Positions 1 to 14,600 of a stretch of DNA of 64,000 nt are shown here, one piece after another. Source of the stretch: Paraspadella gotoi (lineage: Eukaryota; Animalia; Chaetognatha). How positions within the stretch are numbered: position 1 is the stretch's first letter; each line of letters opens with the position of its first letter. Under the pieces are notes generated by a model. The model ran no database searches. It had not been told where the DNA came from and was given only the letters and a program-made list of their open reading frames with translations. Both the position numbers and the translations under genes were made by a program. Location: the NCBI GenBank assembly GCA_051294375.1, contig CM119270.1:8605213-8669212 (forward strand), read 5' to 3'.

Positions 1-284
1 AATTAGTTTACATAAAAAAAATATGAGTCACATTTACTTGAATCTTTTTGCTTTCATGATCATGTTAGTCCTGCAATGTTACTTATTTTAACCCATAATT
101 ACTCGAATTAATCATATTTGAATTAATAGATTGAAAAGGAAAGTGTGTGAAGAAGCTAGATATAAAGTTTTGACGGAATTGTGCCAGTTGAAATGAGTTT
201 AAATGGAAAAAACATGAGTCACATTTACTTAAACCTTTTTTATTTATGATTACTAATAAATGTTTTAATTAATTAATTAATTAA

Positions 285-775
285 TTGGAAAAAATGATAC
301 AATTTAAAAAAATTATGCAAGTCGAAAAAATTATGTAAGTTGAAAAAAATATGCAAGTTGAAAAAAATATGCAAGTTGAAAAAAATATGCAAGTTGAAAA
401 AAGTATGTAAGTTGAAAAAATTATGCAAGTTGAAAAAATTATGCAAGTTGAAAAAACTATACAAGTTGAAGAAAGTATGCAAGTTGAAGAAATTAACCAA
501 GTTGAAAAAATAATGCAAATTGAAAAAATGATGCAAGTTAAAAAAAATAATGCGAATTGTAAAAATGATGTAAATTGAAAGAATGATGAGTTGAAAAAAT
601 TATGTGCGTGGAAAAAATGATGCAAGTTGAAAAAATTATGCAAGTTAAAAAAATGATACAAATTGTAAAAATGATGTAAATTTAAAAAATGATGAGTTGA
701 AAATTTATGTGTGTGGAAAAAATTATGCGAGTTGAAAAAATGATGCGAGTTAAAAAAATGATGCAAGTTAAAAAA
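285..775. repeat. 18-bp minisatellite (GTTGAAAAAATTATGCAA)
   Basis: Direct tandem array; produces the spurious FFNLH ORFs. Confidence 0.9.
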
Positions 776-1365
776 AATTTTAAAAAATATTGTGATTTAT
801 CATCTGATTAGCAGATTACCGCTTAATTATTGTAGGCAGATCTGACATTGTTTGCTCAAACTTGTTTTGAAGATGGTCTGTTCTTGATAAGCTTCGACAA
901 TCCCAGTCTTTGATCCTTTATTCCGTCTCTGTTGGTCATTGGTTTGACGTTGGTTGTTGTTAGGTCTGTGATTAGTTAAAACTGTTTGATGATCTCAGAA
1001 TAGGACATGACAAGGCCGAGAGGTTCCATCTCTGGATCTATTTCGACGATGATAAAAAAAAATCCAAAAAATAAGAATAAATAAATAAAATAACTTTGTA
1101 TGACTTCTCCCAATTAGTGTTTCCTTAACTGTTAATTTTTCTACAACGTCGGTTAACCGTTAAAAATCGACTTTTTAAACCGCCTCTGCTTACAATCCTC
1201 GCATTCAGGAAAAAAACTACTTTTTCCAGTATTGTTCAGTTACTATTAACGAAATTAACTTAATTTTCACCATAATATAAATTGGGCCAAAATACGGAAT
1301 GGTTAAAACCATCTCCAGCTATTTCTAATCATATAAGAGTAACATTTTTGCAACTTTTAAGAAAA

Positions 1366-2558
1366 ACAAGTTTGAGCAAACAATGTCGGATCTGCCTACG
1401 AAAATTAATTAATTAATTAATTAATCGATTAATTAATTAATTAATTAATTTTAATGTTTAATAAATAATTATAAATTTATATACAGCTTATCATCATCGA
1501 TGTCCTTAAAATATATTTATATCTAGCTTCTTCACAAACTTTCCTTCCCGCTCACAAAATCTCATCTCAATCTATTATGGGTTAAAATAAGTAAAAAGAG
1601 TCAAGTAAATGTGACTCATATTTTTTTCATTTAAACTCATTTCTACTTGTACCGAAACTTTATATCAAGCTTCGTCACACATTTTCCTACCCACACAAAA
1701 TTTGAACTCAATCTATCCATCCAATTATGATTAATTAGACTATTTATTGGTTAAAATAAGTAAAAAGATTTTAGTAAATGCGACTTATGTTTTTTCCATT
1801 TGAACTCATATCCACTCACACAATTCCGTCGAAACTTTATTTCCAGCTTCATCACACATGTTCCTACCCATACACAAAATTTCATTCTGATCCAACCAGC
1901 CAATCATGAGTTATTGGGGCTTTTTGCTAAGGTGGGACGGATGGACGGATTCATTGACTGATTAATTAATTAGTGATTAATTAATTGACTAATTGATTAA
2001 TTAACTGATTAATTATTTGATTTATTAATACATCCTGCATATACATTTAATATAAAAGGAAAAAAAATCATAATCAATTAGTGAAACAGGTTTTTTGTTT
2101 TTTTCCATTTAAACTCATTTCCACTCAAACGATTCCATCGAAACTTGATTTCCTGTTCAATCACACACTTGCATACAAAATTCCAGGTCAATCGCCCTAT
2201 CTACTCATGAGCAATTGGTGTTCAAATAGTGAATTATATTTTTTTTGTTTTTTCCGTTTAAACTCATTTCCACTAGGACGATTCCATCAAAACTTTATAT
2301 CCAGCTCAATCACACACTTCCCTACCCACACACAAAATTTCATTCAAATCTACCCATCCAATCACGAGTAATTGGTGTTTTTCGCTAAGGTGGGACGGAC
2401 GGACGGACAAACGGACATCATTTTTTTGCATAATTTATCATAATTCGATGTTCTGACATGATATAAGTTAGTGCCCGACAATATTGAGGGGGCGGACCGA
2501 CGGACCGACAAAGTGAATTATAGAGTCGGTATCTGCTGATAAGCAGATCTGACTAAAA
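1366..2558 (-). mobile_element. HINE/DINE-1-like element
   Basis: Both termini present, same family as 9626-11478. Confidence 0.72.
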
Positions 2559-2571
2559 AGTTAAATGGCAG

Positions 2572-2686
2572 ATTTACCGCTGTGTTCGCTTATCATCTGA
2601 ATTTATATCCTTCTTTGGCTCAATGCTTGGATACATTGTAGTTGGGATAATCTGCGGCCGAGTCTTACCTAATCTGCAAAATCCAT
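2572..2686 (+). CDS. SLC9C1: Probable SLC9C1-like exon (NHE TM10 region)
   Basis: AG/GT bounded; encodes SSEFISFFGSMLGYIVVGIICGRVLP, resembling the NHE 'WE..AF..N..IF..VG.I' helix. Phase with the next exon is not resolved. Confidence 0.55.
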
Positions 2687-5600
2687 GTGAATTAACTATT
2701 TTGTATATTATAACTTTTATAATAAATACGGGTACTTATCGCCAGACCGACTATCGACCTCACGAGAACGACTTTCATTTCATTTTCTCATAGAATCGAC
2801 ATCGATGTGATAAGAAAAAAAATCGATGTCATAAGATAAAAATTTTAATTAACTTTAACTTTTGTCAACTGATAAGAAAAAGAAAATTTTGTTGATTGAT
2901 TTGATGAGAAAAATAAAAAAATCAGAATCTACTTAATGTGAGAAAATAAAAATTCCTGAATCGATCTCGTGAGAAAAATATTAATGCTATTGGATGGAAA
3001 GTCAAAAACAAAAAGATAGAGACTTTAGTTACATTAAATAATGTCTCTAAATAAACAGTTGTTTGTAGTAAACACTTTATACTATACCCTATCCTTATGT
3101 ATCATCAACGGAATGGACCTATAAACGGACTTGGTTGGCCTAGTGATGTGATTGCTCGTCTCCTTCACGAATCATCAGAATTCCGACGAACCACAGACCT
3201 TACTTCAACCTTAGAATGACCAATGACCGACAGAGGAACCAAGGGAGGGATTGATGGTCAAAATTGCTAAGAGAACTCTAGGCATTCACCTCTACACTGA
3301 AACTCAAGAAAGAACACTTCTTCAAATAATTATTGAACTGTTTAATATTGTCATCACCTTTGTCTTAACCTTTGTCATCGTGTCATCGTTACCTATGTCA
3401 TCACCCAAACCATTGTCCGTCATTAATAAACTATTGTCAACCAAATACTTTGCCACTTATTATTTACCCTCGTTATTTGACTAAACGTCAACGGTATCAT
3501 TACTCTAATCTATTAATTGATATTATACTAATCATGTACATTAATTGAATTAAAATGCTTGTTTATATCTTCCAGAGTTGAAAACAATGAAATTGGTTAA
3601 AGTTTTCAGTTACAAAAAATTCTTAAGACATCGATTTCCCACATTTTTTTCTTATGAGATCGATTCAGTCAATTTCACTTTATCATGAGGAAGACCATCA
3701 AATTTTGCAATATTTTTAGATCGAAAGCTTTGAGCAGTTTTTCAGAATCTACCTGGCAAGAAAAACTTTTTAAAAACTTTGAAAAAATTCCGAGTCGATC
3801 TGGCGCGACACCCACAGTCGTCCTGGCGGGATGACCCCATAAATACTAACCTTCATTTTCCCTTTTTTTCTGCTTCGTCGAGAGAAGTCTTGGGTATGTC
3901 ATTGTCTATAGTTTTTTACATTTTGCTTATGGTGACAAGAGTGCTCTTTGTACTTATACTCTATCCACTGCTTCGTATCACGGGGTTTGGGATTACTTGG
4001 CGTGGCGCCGTCGTCATCGTTTGGAGCAGCATTCGGGGAGTGGTCCCTTTATTTTTAGCTGCAAGGGTCCATCTTCAGCCAAGACACGCATATTTTGAAC
4101 CTTTGGACAAGAAGCGGTGAAAATTACCATTAGAGCATTCAGAATTTTTTAGTAATAGATTATAAACAATCTTGTATTACATAGTAAATAAACAAACTTT
4201 TTAAAAATTTATTCTTAATTATATTTATTATACAAACATTTTAAAAGGTTCTTTTTAGTTTTGAAAGCGGAATTAAATTTATCAAAATTAATAAAATAGT
4301 TTTTAGTCGGATCTGCTTATAAGCAGATCCCGACTCTATAGTTCACTTTGTCGGTCCGTTGGTCTACCTCCTCAATTTTGTCGGGCATTCACTTATATCA
4401 TGTCAGAACATCGAATTATGACAAATTATACAAAAAAAAAAGATGTCCGTCCTTCCATAATGATTTACATGGTTATTTACCAACTAGTTATTGGCAGCTG
4501 ATCAAAATACGGACAAAATGGTCTGTTGCTACTGAAAACAATCATTGCATAATTTGGTCAACTTGCATATTTTAATAAACTTGCATTATTTGATCAATTG
4601 GCATAATTTGGTCAACTTGCATTATGTGGTAATTTTGAAAAATTTAGTCAACTTGCATAATTTGGTCAACTTGCATAATTTAATAAACTTTCATTATTTG
4701 GTCATCTGGCATAATTTGGTCAACTGACATAATTTGATCAACTGACATAATTTGGTCAGCTGGTATAATTTGGTCAACTGGCATAATATGATCAAATGGC
4801 ATAATTTGGTCAACTGACGTAATTTTTTTCAACTTGTATAATTTGGTCACGTTGCAAAATGTAATCAACTAGTATAATTTGATCAACTGACATAATTTGG
4901 TCAACTAGCATAATTTGGTCAACTGGTATAATTTGGTTAACTGGCATAATTTTGTCAACTAGCGTAATTTGGTCTACTGCCGTAATTTGGTCAACTGGCA
5001 TAATTGGGTCAACTGGCAATATTTGGTGAACTGGCATAATTTGGTTAACTTGCAGAATTTGGTCACTTGAATAATTTGGTCCATTGGAATAATTTGGTCA
5101 ATCAATCAATCAAACAGAGAAAGATATAGAAACTTTTCAAAATTCAAATAAATGTGTCTTATGGTTTTCTAATTTAAAATATTTTCCACTCCAATGATTC
5201 CATCAAAAATTTATATTCAGCTTAATCACGTACTTTCCGAATCACACACAAAATTCCATTTCATCTATATATCAAATTTTTTACTTGCATCTTTTTTTAA
5301 CTTGCACCATTTTTTAACTTGCATTATTTGATCAATTGGCATAATTTGGTCAACAATTGCATTATGTGGTAATTTTGAAAAATTTAGTCAACTTGCATAA
5401 TTTGGTCAATTTGCATAGTTTAATTTTGCATAATTTAATTTTGTTTTGAACTCGTATATATGTTTTGAACTCACATAATTTTTTTGAAATTGCATCATTT
5501 TTTCACCTTGCCATCATTTTTTCAACTCGCATCATATTTTCAATTCGCATAATTTTTTTAATTTGCTTCATTTTTAAGCTTCCATCATTTTTTAGCTTCC

Positions 5601-8600
5601 ATAATTTTTTTAACTTACATAATTTTTAGTTGGATCTGCTTATCAGCAGATTCCGACTTGATAGAATCGTGCGAGTGGAAATGAGTTTAAATGGAAAAAA
5701 CAAAAGTCATATTGACTTGAAGCATTTTTACTTATATTTACTTATAATTATTATATTTATTAAAAATTGGATAGATAAATTAAAATTAAATTTTGTGTGT
5801 GGGTAATAAACTATGAGATTAAGCTGGATATAAGTTTTTGATGGAATAGTAGGAGTGGAAAAGAGTTTACATTAGAAAACAAAAACAAAAAACATTTATT
5901 TAAATTTTTTAAAGTTTTTTTACTCTATCTCTCTCTGATTGATTTAATGATTATTTGATTGGCCAAATTATGCCAGTTGACCAAATTATTTCAGTTGACC
6001 AAATTATTCAAGCGACCAAATTCTGCAATTTGGCCAAATTATGCCTGTTAATAAAATTATGCCAGTTGACCAAATTATGCAGGTTGGCCAAATTATGCCA
6101 GTTGAGCAAATTATGTCAGTTGATCAAATTATGCCAGTTGACCAAATTATGTCAGTTGACCAATTTATGTCAATTGACCAAATTATGTCAGTTGACCAAA
6201 TTAAGCCAGTTGACCAAATTATGTCAGTTGACCAAATTATTCAAGCGACCAAATTCTGCAAGTTGATCAAATTATATATGTTGATAAAATTATGCCAGCT
6301 GACCAAATTATTCCAGTTGACCAAATTATGCCAGTTGACCAAATTGTGCTGGTTGACCAAATTATGCCAGTTGAGCAAATTATATGTGTGAAGAATTGTT
6401 TATTCTCACGCTTAGCGAAGACGAGCATTTGACGTCGCCCGTTCAGAAGAGTCTAACATGAGTTTCACATGATTGAAGAAAAAGGCGATGAATATTTTTA
6501 AAGGCTTTAATTTTCATTAATTATCATTAAGAAACCCGTAAGAACGGAGTTTCCAAACGGGACAGACATATATTTTGTGAGTCTTTGAAGCCAACTAAAA
6601 ACTGGTTCACAGTCTCTCTAATTATGGAAATATTAAATGACCCAATGCGGTCATAGTGGTCAAATGATCGTAAAAGGTCAATTGAACGAGTTTTTAAACG
6701 AGGGGAGAGAGAGTGAAAAAGAGAAACGAGGCAACAGATTTCACAATATGAGTTGATCAAATTATGCCAGTTGAGCAAATTATGTGAGTTGATCAAATTA
6801 TGCCAGTTGACCAAACTATGACAACTGACTATTAAGTAGTTTGTTATGATTTGTTATGATCTGTTAAGATCAAAAATTGAAAGTCAGAAAAAATTGTGAT
6901 TTATCATCAGATTAGCTTATTATCGCTTAATTATATTAGGCAGATCCGACATTGTTTGCTCAAACTTGTTTCATGCACTCATTTCCATTTCTCGATTCCA
7001 TCAAAACTTTATATCCTGCTCAATAACACACTTTCCTACCCACACACAAAATTTCATCTCAATCTATCCATTAAGGCGTAGTAAAAGTTATAAATTAAAT
7101 TTTAATTAAAATTCTAAAAGTGAGGAACGAACAACTTTATACTAATAAACATTTATGTATAAAACAATTTTATAATAAATTTTATAATTTATACAGTAGG
7201 CCATATTTATACTAGTACTAATCCAATAAATGTTAAAATTTCAAAAATTTTTTTTGTAAGATTTTTTTGCAGATTTGGATTCGTCATAAAAAGTTGTTAA
7301 AAAGAAATATAACTCTTTTTGAAAAATGTTTTCATTAAGTTGATCAAATATTGAAAAAACCTATATTTTAAGCTGAAAATTAAAAATTTATATGAAATTG
7401 GCACAACCAATATAAAAATTATCCATTCATTTAATAAATAAGCTATCTTGTCCCTGACTTTGGATAGGCTTTGGTGGTTTAAGGCCTCCATCACACTTAC
7501 AAGATAATAACATAGCAGGTTTCTGCAAGCTTTCAATCAAGACTCTCTTACAGTCTTATTTATTCACTCCCAGTGAACCTGGCTTCCCTATCAATGAAGT
7601 GGTATAATATTTCAAAGAATGTTTGAATTGTATGAAAAGACCACTCCCTTAAGTATTAGATCGGGGAATACTATTTATTACATATAGTTTTTTTAATTTT
7701 TAACCCACTTAATAAAAGAATTTTTAAAAATGATTTATATTTTCTTTTATCAACTTTTACCAAGGAATTCAAATCTGCAATTAAAATTGAGAAAAGCCTA
7801 TTTTAAAATTTTTAGATTTTATAAGAATAGTACTATATATAAATATAGCCTACTGCGAAAATTGAACAACCTAAAATTAATTTTTTTTACAAATTAATGT
7901 TCACTGATGGTATGTTGTTCAAAATGGACATTTGGAATTTTCGTATTTAACTTTCGCTACGCTCTACTATCCATCCAATTATGACTAATTCGAGTAATTA
8001 TGGCTTAAAATTATTCAAAAGTTTCCAGTAAATGTGACTTATGTTTTTTCCATTTAAACTCATTTCCACTTGCACAATTCCATCGAAATTTAATATCCAG
8101 CTTCATCACACACTTTCCTACCCACACACATAATTTCTTCTCAATCTATCCATCTAATTATGATTAATTCGAGTAATTATGGGTTAAAATTAGTAAAAAG
8201 ATTTTAGTAATTGTGACTTATGTTTTTTCTTTTAAATTCATTTCCACTCGCACGATTACATCAAAACTTTATATCCAGATTTATCACACACATTCCTACG
8301 CACACACAAAACTTTATTACAATCCATCCTTCCAATCACGTGTAAGGGGGCTACGGACGATAGACAGACAGATTAAAATGCTTTTCTGACAAAGTGATTT
8401 GAACTTCTTTGGCCATTTGGCTTTTCATGATAATAATTTAAACAAATAACAGTTTTAAAATTAACACCTTTTAATTTCGTTGTAGGTCTGAAATAGCCGA
8501 TACAATTTTGGTTTCGACTGTAGGGGTATCGCTTTTACTCATGGTCATCAATGGGATAACTATGTCGGCAATGCTTAGCGCACTTGGATATAACCAAGTT

Positions 8601-11600
8601 TCATTGGCCAAAAGGGTGAGATAAGAAATAATAGAGACATCTACACTGCGGCGCAAAAAAAACCACTGTTTTCACACTCAAAAAAATATAAATTGGATGG
8701 CTGAATTTAACAAAGATATAAAAACATAAACAAAAAATCTGAAAAGAACAAATTAATTTTAGTCAGAAAGTGGCTACGACTTTTCCTTATTATAAAATCA
8801 TTTAAGTTAGAAGACAGGATATTTATAATATGAAATTAGCTGAACAAATTCAGCTTCAAATATCTGTAGGGATAGTCGGAGAGGTGTTAACAATTTTTAA
8901 CCTAAATCAAATTAAAATAAGGAAACTATATTGAAAAACAATCTTATAAAAGTAGAGAAAAAGCAGTTGATTGATAACTTAATAAAGATTATTTTCAAAG
9001 CTTTTTCACATATAAGTTTTTTCCTTATGTCATCTCGTGTTGAAGCAGACAAATATAAACTCTCACAATTATATTAGAACTAATTTTTTTATTTTTATCA
9101 TAGAATTACTTTTTGATTTTTAAATAATTTTTTAAAAAAATTTATTGTTTTTAATATTTATTTTAGTTTGAAATAAAGTCTTTTACAATAACGACAAGTT
9201 TTTATTAAATGGTCACATATCGCCTTTACTGTACCATGATGGAAAAATTTTTTTAGCGGTTTGGAAAAGTCGGTTAATTTCATTGTTAAATATAATTTTG
9301 GGCCGGTAAATAAGTTTTAATAATTATTATGACCTCCCTATGACTGAATAAAAAGATTATTTTTTAAAAGCATAAAATTTTTAACGCACTCAAATACGTC
9401 CAAAAAAGGTTGTTTCTTAGTGTTTTCATTTCTTTTTGATCAAGAGGACTACTCACATTATTTTTAATATTATATCTCCGACATAATATTTTTATCAGAT
9501 TTAGGGCTAAAAATGGTCCTTGGCAAGCAGTGAAAAAGATTGATCCCCTATAAAGTAAACCAGGCTTGAGTTGTTGTTGCATAATGTGATGATGCATTGT
9601 CTTTCATTTCAACAAAATCTTGATTTTTAGTCAGATCTGCTCATCAACAGATCCCGACTCTATAATTCACTTTGTCGGTCCGTCGGTCTGCCCCCTCAAT
9701 ATTGTCGGGCACTAACTTATATCATGTCAGAACATCGAATTAGGATAAATTATGCAAAAAAAAAATAATGTCCGTCCGTCCGTCCGTCCTACCTTAGCAA
9801 AAACACCGATTACTCGTGATTGGATGGATGGATTTGAATAAAATTTTGTGTGTGGGTAGGGAAGTGTGTGATTGAGCTGGATATGAAGTTTCGATGGAAT
9901 CGTCCAAGTGGAAATGAGTTTAAATAGAAAAAACAAAAAAATATATTTCACTATTTGAACACCGATTGCTCAATGCTCATGAGTGAATGCGGCGATTGAC
10001 CTGGAATTTTGTATGTGGGTAGGAAAGTGTGTGATTGAACAGGAAATCAAGTTTCGATGGAATCGTTTGAGTGGAAATGAGTTTAAATGGAAAATAACAA
10101 AAAACCTGTTTCACAAATTGATTATGCTTCTTTTTATTTTTTTATTAAATGTATATGCAGGATGTATTAAAAAATTAAATAATTAATCAGTTAATTAATC
10201 AATTAGTCAATTAATTAAACAATAATTAATTAATCAGTCAATCAATCCATCCATCCGTCCTACCTTAGCCAAAAGCTCCAATAACTCGTGATTATCTGGT
10301 TGGATTGGAATGAATTTTTGTGTGTGGGTAGGAAAGTGTGCGATAAAGCTGGATATAAAGTTTTGATGGAATCGTGTGAATGAAAATAAGTTTAAATGGA
10401 AAAAACATAAGTCGCATTTACTAAAATCTTTTTACTTATTTTAACCAATAAATACTCTAAATAATACTCGAAATCATTCCAGAATCTTCTTCCTCTTCCG
10501 GAATCCTCTTCCTTAATCCTTTCCTCTGTTTCCGGGTTTCATTCATCTGTGATGATTGGATGGATAGATTAGGTACAAATTTTGTGTGTGGGTAGAAAAG
10601 TGTGTGATGAAGCTTGATATAGAGTTTCGTTACGAGTGGAAATGAGTTTAAATGAAAAAAATATGAGTCACATTTACTTGAATCTTTTTACTTATTTTAA
10701 CCCATAATATTGAAATTTTGTGAGCGGGTAGGAAAGTGTGTGAAGAAGCTAGATATAAATTTTTGATGGAATTGTGCCAGTGGAAATGAGTTTAAATGGA
10801 AAAAACATAAGTCACATTTACTTGAATCTTTATTGTTTATGATTACTAATAAATGTTTTAATTAATTAATTAATTAATGTGAAAAAATGATGCAATTTAA
10901 AAAATTATGCAAGTTGAAAAAATGATGCAAGGTGAAAAAATCTTAAAAGCATAAGGATCGTCGCAATTGCAAACAAAATAAAAATATGATGTTGCGATAG
11001 CAAAATGATAACATGCACAAATGCGATGCTTAATTTTCTGAGTTCAATCCTAATTCAATTTTTTTTAAAATAAAAATGCAGAGAGAGAGAGAGAGAGAGA
11101 GAGGCAGCAGCAGAGGCAGCCAGAAAAAAATAAAGAAATCAAAAGGCAGCAGTAGAAGCAGCAGGAGAAAAGAGAGAAAAAGAAAAAGCCCCTGCAGAGC
11201 CAGCTGCAGACTCGTTTTTTTTCCCATGAATCAGCACTAAAAATGATCATAAAAATGGCACAAGTTAAAAAAATGATGCAAGATGAAAAAATGATGCGAA
11301 TTGTAAAAATTATGTGAGTGGAAAAAATGATGCAAGTTGAAAAAATGATGCGAGTTAAAAACATTTAAAAAAAATTGTAATTTATCATCTGATTGGGTGA
11401 TTACCTACTATTTTCGTCTTCTACAACCGCTTAATTATTGTAGGCAGATCCGACATTGTTTGCTCAAACTTGTTTTTTTTTTTACTTGTTTGATATTTGG
11501 TAATTTGATAATACATCCAGAGGTAAATAAAAATGATAACTTTGCTCATAGAAAGGCTACCCAGAGTATAATAACTTTTATTGATACTTTACAATATAAA

Positions 11601-14600
11601 AAGAATATTATGGAACATTTACATTTACATTTACATGTATTTTTAATGCTGTTATTTTTTTGATATATGAATTAAGCTTCAACCCTGAATCTATCTTAAT
11701 GGAGATGATGCAATAACTATTTGACGTGAGACTGAGAAAAGGCAGGGATTTTTAATAGTAACGGTTTAACTCAAAAAGTAATAAAAAAGAATCGGAAATT
11801 AGTATAAATGAAAAGTATAGATATGAAAAAGATAAAAAAAAGGAAGTATTTTTTTGTAATTTTTGTCGTACATAAATGAGACTCAGCTCATATGAATAAA
11901 AAATGCCGAAAAATAGCTGGAAAGTAATCGCGAAAATTTTTTTTTCCATCATGGTACAAGCCTTCATTCGCTTTTTCACAATTTTCAAGATTTTGGTTTA
12001 CCAAAATAATATTGAGAAAGAGAGGGGGAAGGAAAGTTGCCAATAAAGATGTGAGACAGGACAGTGATGAATTATGAGGACAGGTTAAGTTGGGAAGAGA
12101 GAGAGAAAGAAGGAGAGGGAAAAGAAATGAAATTGGTGAGTGAGAGAGAGAGAGAGAGAAGCAGAGGTCATCATTTGGTGAATCAATACCCTCCTCTCTG
12201 CGGAGGCGTGGGTTCGAATCCCACTGCTGCCACCACATTTAAGTAAGTTGACTGGGATTTCAATATGAAATCAAAGTGGAATTTTATTATCAGAAAATAG
12301 ACAAGAGAAGACTGTCAATTTTCAGACAGAGTGAATCAAAGCAGAAACAGAGGCTATTTATAAAGGTTAAGTAGACGAAGCCAGATTCCTATTCCGGAAC
12401 CTCTTCTGGAACCATTTTTTCCTCTTCCGAAAGGTATTGTTCCTCTTCTGGATTTGGCTTCCAAAATCCTGTTCGAAATCATTCCAGAATCTGCTTCCTC
12501 TTCCGGAATCCTCTTCCTTAATACTTTTCTCTGTTTTCGAGTTTTTATTCATCTATGATGATTTAAAAAAAAAAAAAAATCAATGTGTCCAAATTTTATT
12601 ATAATTGATCAAGTGATTTAAAAGATATTATTTTTTAAACTTGAGTATTCCAAAACCAAATGAGAAAATAGATTTTTATCTAAAAGTTTCAAAATTATAG
12701 ACTAGTCATTCATCAAATGTTTTAATAAACTTAAGATCATTATTTATGATTCCAGTTATCCAGCTATCCTTCCTGATGTCCAGTGTAATTTTGGTTCATT
12801 TTTAATCTACTACATGGTGACAATTTTACAAGCGCCGGTAGAAAAACGCTGTCATTTGCAAACCCATGAAGATTTTTTCAATGTTAAATATGAATTTCAA
12901 AGTAAAAACCCAAACTATTTATGAATGCAAATTTTATCAGAATCGACTTTGATATGCCTCAGCAATGATAGCAGGAAGATGGACTCTTTCATGATACTTA
13001 TATAAATAATAATATTTTATGTTATAATAATTTAAACAGGTCATATATTTTGAAAAAAGATTTAAAATTTTAAATAATTCACTTTTGACACTCTTAAATT
13101 AACGAAGGCTGGGCAGCTTACTTTTTATGTTAAAGTTTTTGTAAGTATATAATTCTCTTCATATTTTAAGGGCTTTCTGAAGATATTAATATTGTTAAAC
13201 TTTGTTTAAAAAAGTTATAAAAGTTTTAAAAAAAATTTAAAAACAGTGAGTTGGAAAATGAAACCCGATTTGAAAAGCCAACTTTCTCCACTTATTGTCA
13301 AGGCATATCTTAACTGATCAATATAAAATTTTAACACATAAATGGTTTTAGTATTTTCTACTCAAGTAATTTTTAAAATCAATGAAATAACCACTGGTTT
13401 GCAAATTTCAGCGTATTTCTACCGGGGCTTGTAAAATTGACACCTTGTGCAAGGAAAAAAAAATTAGAAGAAAAAAGATTAGTTTTAAATTTATCAGATT
13501 TTTTCCCGTTCAGCTTTGCGGTAGAGTACTTCTTAAAAAATCACTGCTCCTAAACGGACGGCCCGATAATAATAAAATTTATGACAGACTTATTATCTTT
13601 CAATAAACTTTACTTTAAAATTAAAAAAAAATATTGAAATAGGGTCATATTTAAAGCCCGAAATAAAGTTACGCGAATCAGAAGATCCCGACTCTATAAT
13701 TCACTTTGTCGTCCGTCGGTCCGCCCTCTCAATCTTGTCGGGCATTCACTTATATCATGTCAGAACATCGAATTATGATAAATTATGCAAAAAAACGATG
13801 TCCGTCCGTCCGTCCGTCCATCTGTCTGTCCGTCAGTCCCACCTTAGCAAAAAACTCAAATTGCTTGTGATAGGATGGATGGATTGGAATGAAATTTTGT
13901 GTGTGGGTGGGGAAGTTTGTGATTAAGCTGGAAATCAAGTGTTGATAGAATCGTCTGAGTGGAAATGAGTTTAAATGGAAAAAACAAAAAACCTGTTTCA
14001 CTAATTGATTATGCTTTTTTTATTTTTATATTAAATGTAAATGCAAGATGTATTAATTAATCAAATAATTATTCAGTTAATTAATCAATTATTTAATTAA
14101 TTAATCAATAATTAATTAATCAGTCAATTAATCAATCAATTAATTATTAAATCAATCATTTATTTATCTATTAAATTATTATTCAATCAATTTATTTATT
14201 AATTAAATAATTATTTAATCAATCAATTAATCAAGTCAATCGTTATTGGCATTGTTGTCATCATTGCCATCTTCGTCGTTGCTTTTATCGTGGTAAGTAA
14301 TCAAAAGACCTAAAAACAAACATTTCGGATCAAATTAATTAACTACCGCTAATGCAAGTGGAAATAAGTTTGAATGGAAAAAACAAAAGTCATATTTACT
14401 TGAAGCATTTTTACTTATATTTACTCATAATTAGGCACTTTTTTCATCAAAGCCCCCTTTCTGCGACTCCTGAAGCAGCGGACTCAAACACGCGCACAAA
14501 ACTTGTCTCTTTTGCTGCTTCCATCGCCGCTTTATGCGTCACTCCTTTTTTCATCACTCTCATCGTTGCAACTGCTTCCTCCATCGTTCAAATTATTGTA

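Noticed and set aside
3124-3165. tRNA 5'-half-like sequence (GGTTGGCCTAGTG..GATT)
   Set aside because: No B box or 3' half; too short to support.
273-6814. Repetitive ORFs (FFNLH..., VDQIMP...) and CRISPR-like periodicity
   Set aside because: Translations of 18-bp minisatellites; no unique spacers and no cas genes; eukaryotic context.
12195-12235. Functional tRNA-Leu gene
   Set aside because: No 5' half or A box; CCA is encoded; it is joined to an LTR end.
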